From IMG/VR virus record IMGVR_UViG_3300036760_000522, positions 62,001 through 126,000 of that record: a DNA stretch of 64,000 bases, one strand, 5' to 3'. Each line of letters opens with the position of its first letter. Position 1 is the stretch's first letter. Positions 1 through 8,900 of the stretch are shown one piece after another. The notes beneath the pieces are model-generated. The model saw nothing but the letters and a program-made list of their open reading frames with translations, did not search any database and was not told where the DNA came from. The position numbers and the translations under genes are program-made.

Positions 1-2
1 TA

Positions 3-293
3 CTGGCTCTGCAATTGTCGGAGGTTCTACACCGCATTGGGAAACGGCCTTTAATACGACAACAACGTAGCAAGGCGTTGACACCTAAAGGCAATCCACG
101 CAAATTGGCCTACTGTGTGAATTGGGAGGGTTCAGAGTTTACCAATGCCAGTCGAAAAGGTCGGTGGTCTTTCGAAGGACAGGAACTGTCTAGGATCAAG
201 GGGATCACAAAAGTTCCATACGAAGGACCAGTATACAATTTGGAGGTCGAAGGGGATCACACGTATGTTGTGCAGGGTGTAGTGGTGCACAAT
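3..293 (+). mobile_element. Intein, C-terminal part (probable LAGLIDADG-type remnant)
   Basis: Block F/G VYNLEVEGDHTYVVQGVVVHN followed by Cys+1 (TGT at 294-296). Confidence 0.9.
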
Positions 294-737
294 TGTTACG
301 GCACCTCAATAGTTGGTGGGTACGAAGGACCGTTCGATGTCGTCATGGCCCCCGACGACGCTGAACGAAAGCATTCACAACGTGACACGGGACGTACGAT
401 CGAACATGGGTACGAGGTTTGGACGGGTCCTAGTCCACTCCTCAGTCAACGTGACTTTGTCGTCAAGATCACAGGGGACCGCTACAGCGTAGGTGCTGTC
501 CGAATGCCGACGAATCGCGGCATGGTGCTCCAACAACACTTCATGTTGGGGCATTTGGACGAGAAAGACATCAGGTATCGTGTTCCGATCGATCTCTGCA
601 ATCACGTGGTGTCTAGGTATGTAGACCGGTTGGTTCCTCCTCTCAACTCACCTGCACAAATAACGGACAAGTCAAACATACCTAGTGAGCGTCAGATTCG
701 TGGCCGCACTATTACGTGGGAAAATATCGTCTGGTGA
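3..737 (+). CDS. Putative head-completion/neck protein, 5'-partial, interrupted by an intein
   Basis: Frame is open to the window edge. After the intein end the extein begins CYGTSIVGGYEGP, resembling CxxC-x-GT-x-x-GGY zinc-knuckle neck proteins. Lies upstream of the tail genes. Confidence 0.55.
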   Translation: MALQLSEVLHRIGKRPLIRQQRSKALTPKGNPRKLAYCVNWEGSEFTNASRKGRWSFEGQELSRIKGITKVPYEGPVYNLEVEGDHTYVVQGVVVHNCYGTSIVGGYEGPFDVVMAPDDAERKHSQRDTGRTIEHGYEVWTGPSPLLSQRDFVVKITGDRYSVGAVRMPTNRGMVLQQHFMLGHLDEKDIRYRVPIDLCNHVVSRYVDRLVPPLNSPAQITDKSNIPSERQIRGRTITWENIVW

Positions 738-738
738 C

Positions 739-1218
739 ATGATCTCTCCTCCACAATTTCGAATCAACGTGAAGTCGTTGCTACCCAAGCGACGGAAGGT
801 CGAACCACGACGTGTGTTGCGAGAAGCCCAGAAGGAGATCCTCCGACAGCTTCGACGGGAGATCCAGGACACTGCATTCTCGACTCGAGCCAAGCGGGCC
901 TTGAGTCAGGGAATGACGACTCGGATCGGAAACCGAAGTCTCAAGGTTATTGCGAAGCATCCTGCCTTCTTCCCGCTTCTACGTGGACAGAAGAGCGAAC
1001 AGATGACTTGGCTTACGAAAGCGAAACGGCCTATCCCGATCATCCTAGATGATGGTACTCTGATTTTCCGGAATGCGACTCCTCGAAGCATGCAAAACGG
1101 TAGTTGGATCCATCCTGGGCGTTCTCCGACGACCGTCATCGAACGGGCACGAAAGAAGACCCGAGAGATCATTCAACGACGCGTCGTGGAGTCTTTGCGG
1201 AAGGGTCTCGGAGTTTGA
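739..1218 (+). CDS. Basic virion morphogenesis/neck-type protein
   Basis: ATG at 739 just after the upstream stop. Arg/Lys-rich with a WIHPG motif near the C-terminus. Neck-module position. Confidence 0.45.
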   Translation: MISPPQFRINVKSLLPKRRKVEPRRVLREAQKEILRQLRREIQDTAFSTRAKRALSQGMTTRIGNRSLKVIAKHPAFFPLLRGQKSEQMTWLTKAKRPIPIILDDGTLIFRNATPRSMQNGSWIHPGRSPTTVIERARKKTREIIQRRVVESLRKGLGV

Positions 1219-1219
1219 C

Positions 1220-1780
1220 ATGTCGGACGGAGGAATCACTGTTTCGAAGACAACGACGGGGGCCTTTCTAATACAAGATATCCGTGTTTATGTCGAACAC
1301 GGCAAGGCGACTTTTATACCGGCTGACAAGGTTGTGTCGTCACGGGACCTGCACCGGGCTCTCTCAGACAAACAGCTCTTTCACTTGACGAGCAGCATGT
1401 TGCAACAACAGGCACAAGATCCTCGAGTAGCTGATCTGACTCGTACAAATGAGGATCTGCGACGTCAACTCGCCGAGCAGCAAGGCCAATGGCAACGGTC
1501 TGTAGAATCGTTGGAGAAGAAATTGGACAACGTCTTGGTAGCGGTGTCTCAACAACCGAAGGTCATTACCGTTCAGGCACCTGCGGCTGAGACAGCAGTA
1601 AAGATCGATTGGGAATTGAAGGAAGGAGCTAACGATATCGTGGACGAGACTGGAACATACGTTCCGAATATCCGGGCCAAAGCGGACAGTGTGAATGTGA
1701 CTGTGACCCCCAAGACCGAAGAAGTCTCTATTGAAGAGACTGCCAAACGCTTGCGACACACTCGCCGCAAACCCTTATGA
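1220..1780 (+). CDS. Hypothetical coiled-coil protein
   Basis: ATG at 1220 follows the upstream stop. Q/E/L-rich heptads. Contains repeat copy C. Confidence 0.6.
   Translation: MSDGGITVSKTTTGAFLIQDIRVYVEHGKATFIPADKVVSSRDLHRALSDKQLFHLTSSMLQQQAQDPRVADLTRTNEDLRRQLAEQQGQWQRSVESLEKKLDNVLVAVSQQPKVITVQAPAAETAVKIDWELKEGANDIVDETGTYVPNIRAKADSVNVTVTPKTEEVSIEETAKRLRHTRRKPL
1592..1622 (+). repeat. Dispersed CRISPR-repeat-like unit, copy C
   Basis: ACAGCAGTAAAGATCGATTGGGAATTGAAGG. Last 21 nt are identical to the reverse complement of 62922-62942; 23/31 ungapped identity to 58596-58626. Confidence 0.7.
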
Positions 1781-1793
1781 ATAGTCGTGTGGT

Positions 1794-2429
1794 ATGGACC
1801 CCGTTTGGCAAGCTGTTTGGCACGATCCGACTTCTTATGACGCCCTGATTCACGGGCCGCCTTACTTGCCAACGCAAAAGCTGAGCAGCGAAGACCGATC
1901 TGAGGTTCGAGCTTTTGCTCGAAAGACTGCGGACGATCTGCGTTACGTTACTTCAGGCACCACACTATTCGGTCTTCTGGCTTGGTTGCACGCAATGAGC
2001 TTCGTACATCAAGCACACCACTGGAACACTCGAGGACAACAGTCGTATCAGGACCATCTCTTGTTCGAACGGATCTACAAGGATTCACAAGCGGGGATCG
2101 ACAGTCTGGCCGAGCGTGCGGTTACGTTGGAAGGTCCTTTGCCTTTGATTTCGCACGTGAAGCGCATCCACGAGATCATCAATGTGAATGAACTCACAGG
2201 TCAGTCCGCGACAGAAATGTTGAAAGCTAGCCTAAACGGCGAGTCCGGCTGCCTGGGTTTATTGGAGCAGTTGATGTCCGTTATGACGTTGTCCCACGGA
2301 ACGTCCAATCTCTTGGAGGGGATTGCAGATCAACACGAGGTCTTCATTTATCTGTTGAAGCAACGTCTCGCTCCCATGCCTGTTTACTCGCCGAAGACTG
2401 CGAGCGCAAAATACACATACCAACGATGA
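1794..2429 (+). CDS. Dps/ferritin-like protein
   Basis: HHWNTRG...DHLLFERIY...IDSLAER matches the Dps ferroxidase-site pattern. Confidence 0.8.
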   Translation: MDPVWQAVWHDPTSYDALIHGPPYLPTQKLSSEDRSEVRAFARKTADDLRYVTSGTTLFGLLAWLHAMSFVHQAHHWNTRGQQSYQDHLLFERIYKDSQAGIDSLAERAVTLEGPLPLISHVKRIHEIINVNELTGQSATEMLKASLNGESGCLGLLEQLMSVMTLSHGTSNLLEGIADQHEVFIYLLKQRLAPMPVYSPKTASAKYTYQR

Positions 2430-2441
2430 GATCAAAATCAA

Positions 2442-3455
2442 ATGAAAGAAGACGAAAATCCCAAATACAAGCGAGGTGTCGGACTAGACATCGGGACCAT
2501 GAACATTGTAGTCGCTCGCCAATCCCTAGCGGGTAAGGTGGTGACGACTCGGATTAGAGATGCTTTCCTCGATCTCGAGAGCGACGCGAAACGGTCTCTC
2601 AAGCTATCCAAAGTCAACTACATCGAGAAAGACGACACACTGTACGTGATCGGCGACTCAGCTTTGACAATGGCCAATTTGTTCAAGCGTGAGGCCCGGC
2701 GCCCATTGAGTCAGGGGATCATCGCTCCAGGAGAACTTGACGCACAAGAAGTTCTGGAGATCTTGATTCATGAAGTCTTGGGTCTAGCAACTGAGCCTGA
2801 CGAGCCTTGTTACTACAGCGTTCCGGCCGACCCTGTGGATCGTCCTGGTGTCGACACTGTGTTTCACACTGAGGTGTTTCGCAAAATTCTCAAAAGAGGC
2901 GGACACGACCCACATCCTACCAATGAGGCACTCGCAATCATCTACAGCCAATGTAGCGAAAACAACTTTTCTGGTTTAGCTGTGAGTCTCGGCAGCGGAA
3001 TGGTAAATGTTGCCCTTGCGTACCAAGCCAACATGGGTTTATCATTTGCACTCTCTCGCGGTGGAGACTACATCGATTCACAATCAGGAAAGTCTGTTGG
3101 CAAGACCGCAAGTCAGATGTGTACGATCAAGGAGAAGGGCCTTGATCTAGCGGCTCCAAAAACTCGCGAGGAAGAAGCGATCACGTTTTATGTCCGGGCT
3201 CTCATCAACTATTCATTGCAGAACATTTCGATCCAGTTTCGCAAGACCGCGAGTGATATCACACTACCTGAGCCAATCCCGTTCATTGTGTCTGGCGGCA
3301 CGAGTCGCGCGACTGGATTCATGGGCCTGTTCGAGGAAGAGTTTGAGTCTGTGCGAAAAAAGTTTCCGATCCAAATCAGTGAGATTCGACAAGCTCGTGA
3401 CCCCATGACAGCTGTGGCGGAAGGCCTTCTCGCGTTGGCAACCGAAGAAGAGTGA
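2442..3455 (+). CDS. Actin-like ATPase (MreB/ParM/FtsA fold)
   Basis: Phosphate-1 GLDIGT, connect-1 NEALA, phosphate-2-like SLGSGM, GGDYID, adenosine IVSGGTS, connect-2 DPMTAVAEG. Confidence 0.85.
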   Translation: MKEDENPKYKRGVGLDIGTMNIVVARQSLAGKVVTTRIRDAFLDLESDAKRSLKLSKVNYIEKDDTLYVIGDSALTMANLFKREARRPLSQGIIAPGELDAQEVLEILIHEVLGLATEPDEPCYYSVPADPVDRPGVDTVFHTEVFRKILKRGGHDPHPTNEALAIIYSQCSENNFSGLAVSLGSGMVNVALAYQANMGLSFALSRGGDYIDSQSGKSVGKTASQMCTIKEKGLDLAAPKTREEEAITFYVRALINYSLQNISIQFRKTASDITLPEPIPFIVSGGTSRATGFMGLFEEEFESVRKKFPIQISEIRQARDPMTAVAEGLLALATEEE

Positions 3456-3474
3456 GGACGTCATCTACTACTAC

Positions 3475-4641
3475 TTGGTCCAGGCGCTTAAACGCCGATT
3501 GATTCTAGAGCTTCAAGACAGTTTCTCGAAGCATCCAGTCTACCAAAAGATCGTTCCATACATCCAGAATCGGTTCTCGTTTACGGAACGCCCTCAGTTT
3601 GGGATTGTAGTCAAAGGGTCGAGCGCCAACAAAGTTGCCCTGTCTGCCGACAACTACGTCGGCACTGTCCAGAGTCACGTGATGTTGGCGTACGTTGGTC
3701 AACCAGCCTATCCTGTTGAATGGGTGCGTGAAGATCTCGCCTGTCTTAACAGCAATGGCGGGAGGATGCCGACGCTTCCAGGGGTTTACTACCTCGAAAT
3801 ATTGGAAGCTCCGACGGCTTCGAACACTCCGGGGTATTTCGTGATCGATCCTCTCTACACAGTAATTGATGAATCTCTTCTGAGATTTCAATCAGGAGTC
3901 GAAAACGATGCACAGCTCGCACAAAAGCCCGTTCAGGGAACGGTCAGGATTTGGGAGAACCGAGACTATCTTTTGCGAGAAGGTACGGACTACACCGTCA
4001 ACTACGACACGGGTGCAGTGTCTCTAGATGTGTCGTTTGGTCCGGGATCAATCCTGACCGCGGACTACCGCAGTGGCGGTACATCAATTGGCCCTGTTGA
4101 GTTCCTTTGGAACTCGAGCAACACAACCATTTTGCCGGGGGTGGTGCTGGCATTCGGTAAACGATCCGAGAAAGGTCAAAAGGTCGCCGTGGTCGTCTAC
4201 CAAGACCGTGTCGATACTGCTGAGGCCTTTGGCGGCAAATTCGAAGTCACATTCGACTTTGACGTGATCGCCCGCGATACAATTCAAATGGAAGAGATCG
4301 CAGATCTCACCATCATGTACCTTTGGGGTCAGAAGAAATCGCGCCTTGGCCTTGAGGGTATCGAGATCATCGATATCTCCATGGGCGGAGAAGCTGAAGA
4401 ACTTGCGGATGAAACAGGCGAGGAGTTCTTCTATCAAGCGAGCCTCTCATTACAGCTACGTGCGGATTGGGAGCTCCACGTGCCCTTGCCTTACGTGATC
4501 AGCAAAGTGACAGCTACGACACCTGAAGGGGACACAGATCCCAGTGCGCCATCCGGGTTACAGCCTGTGGCGAGCCAAATCTTCTTTACGACCCATCCTG
4601 TCTTGGCTGGTCGTAACGACGCGTACGAGCGGATTAGCTAG
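3475..4641 (+). CDS. Putative tail terminator/tail completion protein
   Basis: Position before the sheath gene. Beta-rich insert (EGTDYTVNYDTGAV). C-terminal FDFDVIARD...EEIADL pattern. Confidence 0.5.
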   Translation: MVQALKRRLILELQDSFSKHPVYQKIVPYIQNRFSFTERPQFGIVVKGSSANKVALSADNYVGTVQSHVMLAYVGQPAYPVEWVREDLACLNSNGGRMPTLPGVYYLEILEAPTASNTPGYFVIDPLYTVIDESLLRFQSGVENDAQLAQKPVQGTVRIWENRDYLLREGTDYTVNYDTGAVSLDVSFGPGSILTADYRSGGTSIGPVEFLWNSSNTTILPGVVLAFGKRSEKGQKVAVVVYQDRVDTAEAFGGKFEVTFDFDVIARDTIQMEEIADLTIMYLWGQKKSRLGLEGIEIIDISMGGEAEELADETGEEFFYQASLSLQLRADWELHVPLPYVISKVTATTPEGDTDPSAPSGLQPVASQIFFTTHPVLAGRNDAYERIS

Positions 4642-4721
4642 GAAAAGCTTCGCTTTCCTTCAGCTTTATTGGTAGAGATCAAAATCGTCAGATGTTGAGA
4701 GATGTTGAGAGATTAGCTAGG
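4632..4721 (+). repeat. 11-nt direct repeat GATTAGCTAGG flanking a 68-nt segment that contains a tandem GATGTTGAGA x2
   Basis: Copies at 4632-4642 and 4711-4721; tandem 10-mer at 4691-4710. Confidence 0.85.
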
Positions 4722-5146
4722 TGCCTCGCTACACGTTTCAGTGTTCTTGTGGCTTCAGGCACTCACGAGCACTCCCGATAGGGGACTACCCAACTACCAG
4801 TTGTCCGAAGTGCCAACAGGCTGCCACAAGGGTATTGGACACGTTCGGTTTCCGGTTCAAAGCCTCTAAAACCGCAGCCCCTGCCAATACTGGCGTCGCC
4901 AAGGACGACTTCCCAACGGCCGATACCGCTGTTGGGAGGGATGCCGACGCCCGTTGGGCCGAGCATGAAGCCCGGGAGAAGGTCAAGAATAGGGTCCGAG
5001 AAGTTGGTGGTCATCGAGCAATTGTACGGGAAACCCACGCTGGCTACATCGAGTACAAAGCTGCTGGCGAACCCCTGCTCAAGACTCGCAGGAAGATCAA
5101 CAATGAACTGAAGGAGGTCCTGCGACGCCCTCCTCCGGCGCGATGA
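4721..5146 (+). CDS. FmdB-family zinc-ribbon protein
   Basis: MPRYTFQCSCG...CPKC...TRV N-terminus. Confidence 0.75.
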   Translation: MPRYTFQCSCGFRHSRALPIGDYPTTSCPKCQQAATRVLDTFGFRFKASKTAAPANTGVAKDDFPTADTAVGRDADARWAEHEAREKVKNRVREVGGHRAIVRETHAGYIEYKAAGEPLLKTRRKINNELKEVLRRPPPAR

Positions 5147-5859
5147 CTCCGCACGATCAGCTTCGGCCTTGTATTGTGTACTCCGCCAGGTGTGACGTAA
5201 ACGGTAAGTTGTATTTTGGGATCCGAAAACACATAAACACAGCTAAACGCGGTTCGCATTACATTTTCCATGCGGCTTTACGTAAATACGGAGCTTCCAA
5301 TTTTGTGTGGACCGTTTGTGAAATCACAAATTGGCGTGGAGCTTGTGCGTCAGAGATCCGACTCATTGAAGAACACGACACGTGTAACCAGAACAAAGGT
5401 TACAACACTGCAAAAGGTGGCAACGGCACGTTAGGATTCAGCCTCCCAACGGAAACGCGGCGTAAGATTAGTTCGTCACTGAAAGCGTGGCACGCTTCGG
5501 GAGATCCGAAAGCACAAGCGCTTAGAGCAAAGGTGAGTCATGTGCGCCGCACTATGGAGACTAGCCTAGCCACACGGTTGAAGCGTGCTGAAGTCAGTCG
5601 AGGTCGGGGACTGTCTAAAGAGTCTCGATCCAAACTACGCGCTTCAAAGCGTAAGTATTCGGACGCCATAGTAGCTGAAGCGACCAACTACGCTAAACAG
5701 CACGGTTATCGAGCAGCAGAAAGGGCTTTCAACATCCCGCGACCCACAATTCGCCGCTGGTCCAGAACCCCGGAGGAGCAAGACGAAGCCCGACGCCTAA
5801 TGCGAGAAAACCATCGTAAACGACAGTACGGCTACGCTTTTCCTCTTGTAGGCCCCTGA
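5143..5859 (+). CDS. Free-standing GIY-YIG homing endonuclease with NUMOD3-like repeats and a C-terminal HTH, possibly degenerate
   Basis: IVY...GKLYFG, FHAALRKYG, EIRLI, GYN..KGG, ETRRKISSS. Confidence 0.75.
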   Translation: MTPHDQLRPCIVYSARCDVNGKLYFGIRKHINTAKRGSHYIFHAALRKYGASNFVWTVCEITNWRGACASEIRLIEEHDTCNQNKGYNTAKGGNGTLGFSLPTETRRKISSSLKAWHASGDPKAQALRAKVSHVRRTMETSLATRLKRAEVSRGRGLSKESRSKLRASKRKYSDAIVAEATNYAKQHGYRAAERAFNIPRPTIRRWSRTPEEQDEARRLMRENHRKRQYGYAFPLVGP

Positions 5860-5965
5860 TGGTTAAAAACACTGCCCCGAACCCAATACCACTGTCCCAA
5901 TTTCAATATCCGATCCCAAAACCACATTCGATCCCAAAAACCGCTAGTTCGAAGTGAGGTCATCA

Positions 5966-8900
5966 ATGAGTATTGGTCCATTTTCAACATACGTACCCCC
6001 AGGCGTCTACACCCGCACATTGACTGAAGCCAACGCGGCCAATCTGGTTGCTGGCCTTAGGATCCCGGCCGAAATCGGAGTCGGGCAAGAGGAACTCGAG
6101 CAGTTGGATCTCGAGTTGGTTCGTGGGTCATCATCGAACCTCGACCAACAAATCATCAACGAAGACGTATCTACGCGCTTTGTTGTCGACGAGACCAATC
6201 CGAACAACCCGGTGCTTGGTTCGCCCAACGGGCTCGTAGCTAAGTTCAAAGTACGAAACTACCCGATTGTTGATGGTCAAGGATTCGGCAAAACTACGAA
6301 CAGCGTTCGTAGTGTCACAGTCACGATCAACGGGACCCCGGTTGCTGTTGGTGCAGTCCAAGGCACGCCTGGCTACGTCACCTTGCAGGTTCCTCCACAA
6401 ACAGGGGACAACATCCGGTGCACGTACTACTTCCACCGATCGGATACGAGTTTTCAAGACGACGTTTCAGAGCAAGTGACTGCGGAGCTTGCCGAGCTCA
6501 CGTCACCAGGGTACGCGTCTTTCATCATCGTTACCGGTACAACCGACACGTTCGTCATCGAAGTCGACGGTGTCTCCTTGACTTTGCTCTTTGCAGCCGG
6601 GACCTACACCGCGACTGGTTTGAAGAGCGTCATCGATTCGTACCTGGTTTCCGGACTCGCGACGGCAGTTTATGTCGACGGACAAGGGCGTAGCCATCTC
6701 AAGTTTTCAGCAGCGCGTAGCGTCAAGATCGGCAGCGGGAATGCCAACGGTGCTCTTGGGTTCGCGACTAACACACAGACGAATCGAAATGCTATTTTCC
6801 GTGTTTTTCAGCGGCCAATCGTGGACGGTACAGACGGTGGAATCACGACTACGGATCCCACCAAAGTTGTCGTGACTGTGAACAACGTTCAAGTTGTCGC
6901 AACCGCAGTCGATGGGTCAAATGGGCTTGTCACACTACCGTATGCGCCTGCCAATGGTTCGACAGTCAGGATCCAGTATTTCGCCAACACGTGGCAAGAC
7001 ACGTTCGACTATTTGCCGAATACCTTGGTGACGAGTGTCATTCGATCTGGTTTTGCACCCGGTCGCAACGACTACATCGAAAACCAAGACTTCGTCATCT
7101 CGAATCCGAGCCCTGATGTTTCGATCATGCATTGGGGTGCGAGTTTCGATGTCGCTAGTACTTTGCGATCAGCGGGCGCCACGCTCCTCAATGAAGTACA
7201 GATCCTTCCAACACTTGTTGACGATAGAATCTACCTCGCCGAGGCCGAGCATTTTGTCGATACGACGGTTGTTCCTGCGGTCGCATCGTCAACAGTATTT
7301 CTCTTGCCGGATGTGCCGACTACTGGCAACGGACGAGACACACCACTCAGCTCAGCAACCTTCGGAGCTGTGACGAACGGTCGAATCGGACTCAATACCA
7401 ATCGACCGGATTTGGTGATCGTCTACACGGGCCGCGATTTGCAGGACGCTCTTGGGCGTGGAGCTGTGGCGGTTGTCGAGGTCGATGGTACGACGCGCAA
7501 CATCACACTCAAAGATCCTGTACCGCCCGACCACATCGCGTTTTGCACGTTTTGGTACAATCGATTGCGTGACGATACATACATCCTGACCAACAAAGTG
7601 GCAGGTCCGATTGGTACGGGACAATTCGAAGTCCTCTCGACCTTGACAGGATTGAACGTTCTTCAAGTTCGATTTGGTATCAAGACAGGGTTGCCAGAGA
7701 CAGTGCAATGGCCACGTGGTGTCGAGCAAATCTCAGACGCGTTCCACACTGGAGCCGGTGCCCCTGTTGCTGAAACAGTAACTGTACTTTTCGGTACGAG
7801 TCTTGCGAAAAATGCGGTCTTCACGAATGAAGGCGCAGCTCCCTATTCGTTCTTCACGACGTACTCCAACAACTGGCGAACGACGATCAACGGTACATCA
7901 CTGGTCACCAACCTTGGCACGTCAGCCAGAGGTTTCTTGGTTTCTAGTCGTGTTCCAGTGAGCGGGCTGAACCAAATCAGTATCCCTGTTTCCCCGAACA
8001 ACGTCCTTGAACTCACCATCGACGGCACGGACGTCACGGTGGCGGTGACAGCTGGGCTACGCACACCTGCTCAAATCGTGACAGACATCAACGCAGCAAT
8101 CGACGCAGCAGCGGCCTTCATCGGCACAGCTCCCAACGTCCTTGCTTCGTTTGTCCAGATCGGCGGCTCTGGTGGTGACGCAGTCTTCATCGTTCAGTCG
8201 TACTCAGCGCCTGCGGCACTGCCTGGAGGCTTCGATCACGCGTCTGTGATTTCAGTTCGTCAGGGAACGGTCGAGGCAGTACTTGGCTACGACACGTTCC
8301 AGACCGCGTCCGGGACGCCTACTGCGACGAACAAACCTGCAACCTTGTTGGGAACGGTTGCAGGTCCTTTCACGATCACGGCCGATGTCGACGACGAACT
8401 CATCATCCGAGTCGACGGAATCGACTACACGATCACGTTGCCGGCGGGAGCGGCTGTGACAGCCGCAGCTGTTGTCGCGTCAATCGCGGCTCTCCCAGGG
8501 CTTACCTCAGTTCCAAGCGTCGGGACTTTGGCGAACCTCAACAAGATCCGTTTGACGAGTACGTTGACAGATCCAAGCTCAGGTATTCAGATCCTGAGCG
8601 GGACAGCCAACGCGATCCTCGGCTTCACTGAGGGCGACATTGCAAGCCAAACGCTCGTCACAGCTATCGAAGTCATCGATCGCTTGAACTCGACAGTAGG
8701 GTTCCTCACTGACGGCTTCGCCTACGTGGGCGAGATCGACGGCCAAGAATACGTCACGATCGAGTCGTTGACGACGGGTGCGACAACTTCATCCGTCGCT
8801 TTCGCTGACGGGACCGCGAGTGCCTTCAACGTCTCGACTGGAACTCAAATCGTTCCTGGTACGAGCGGTGACAATGGGGAGAGCTCGTACGGTAACTTTA

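Noticed and set aside
3463-3477. Non-canonical ATC start giving MYYYLVQ
   Set aside because: Plausible from the GAGGA spacing but cannot be supported without homologues.
5143-5859. Group I introns around the GIY-YIG genes (also 48597-49136)
   Set aside because: Flanking genes look complete and there is little or no flanking sequence to hold a ribozyme core.
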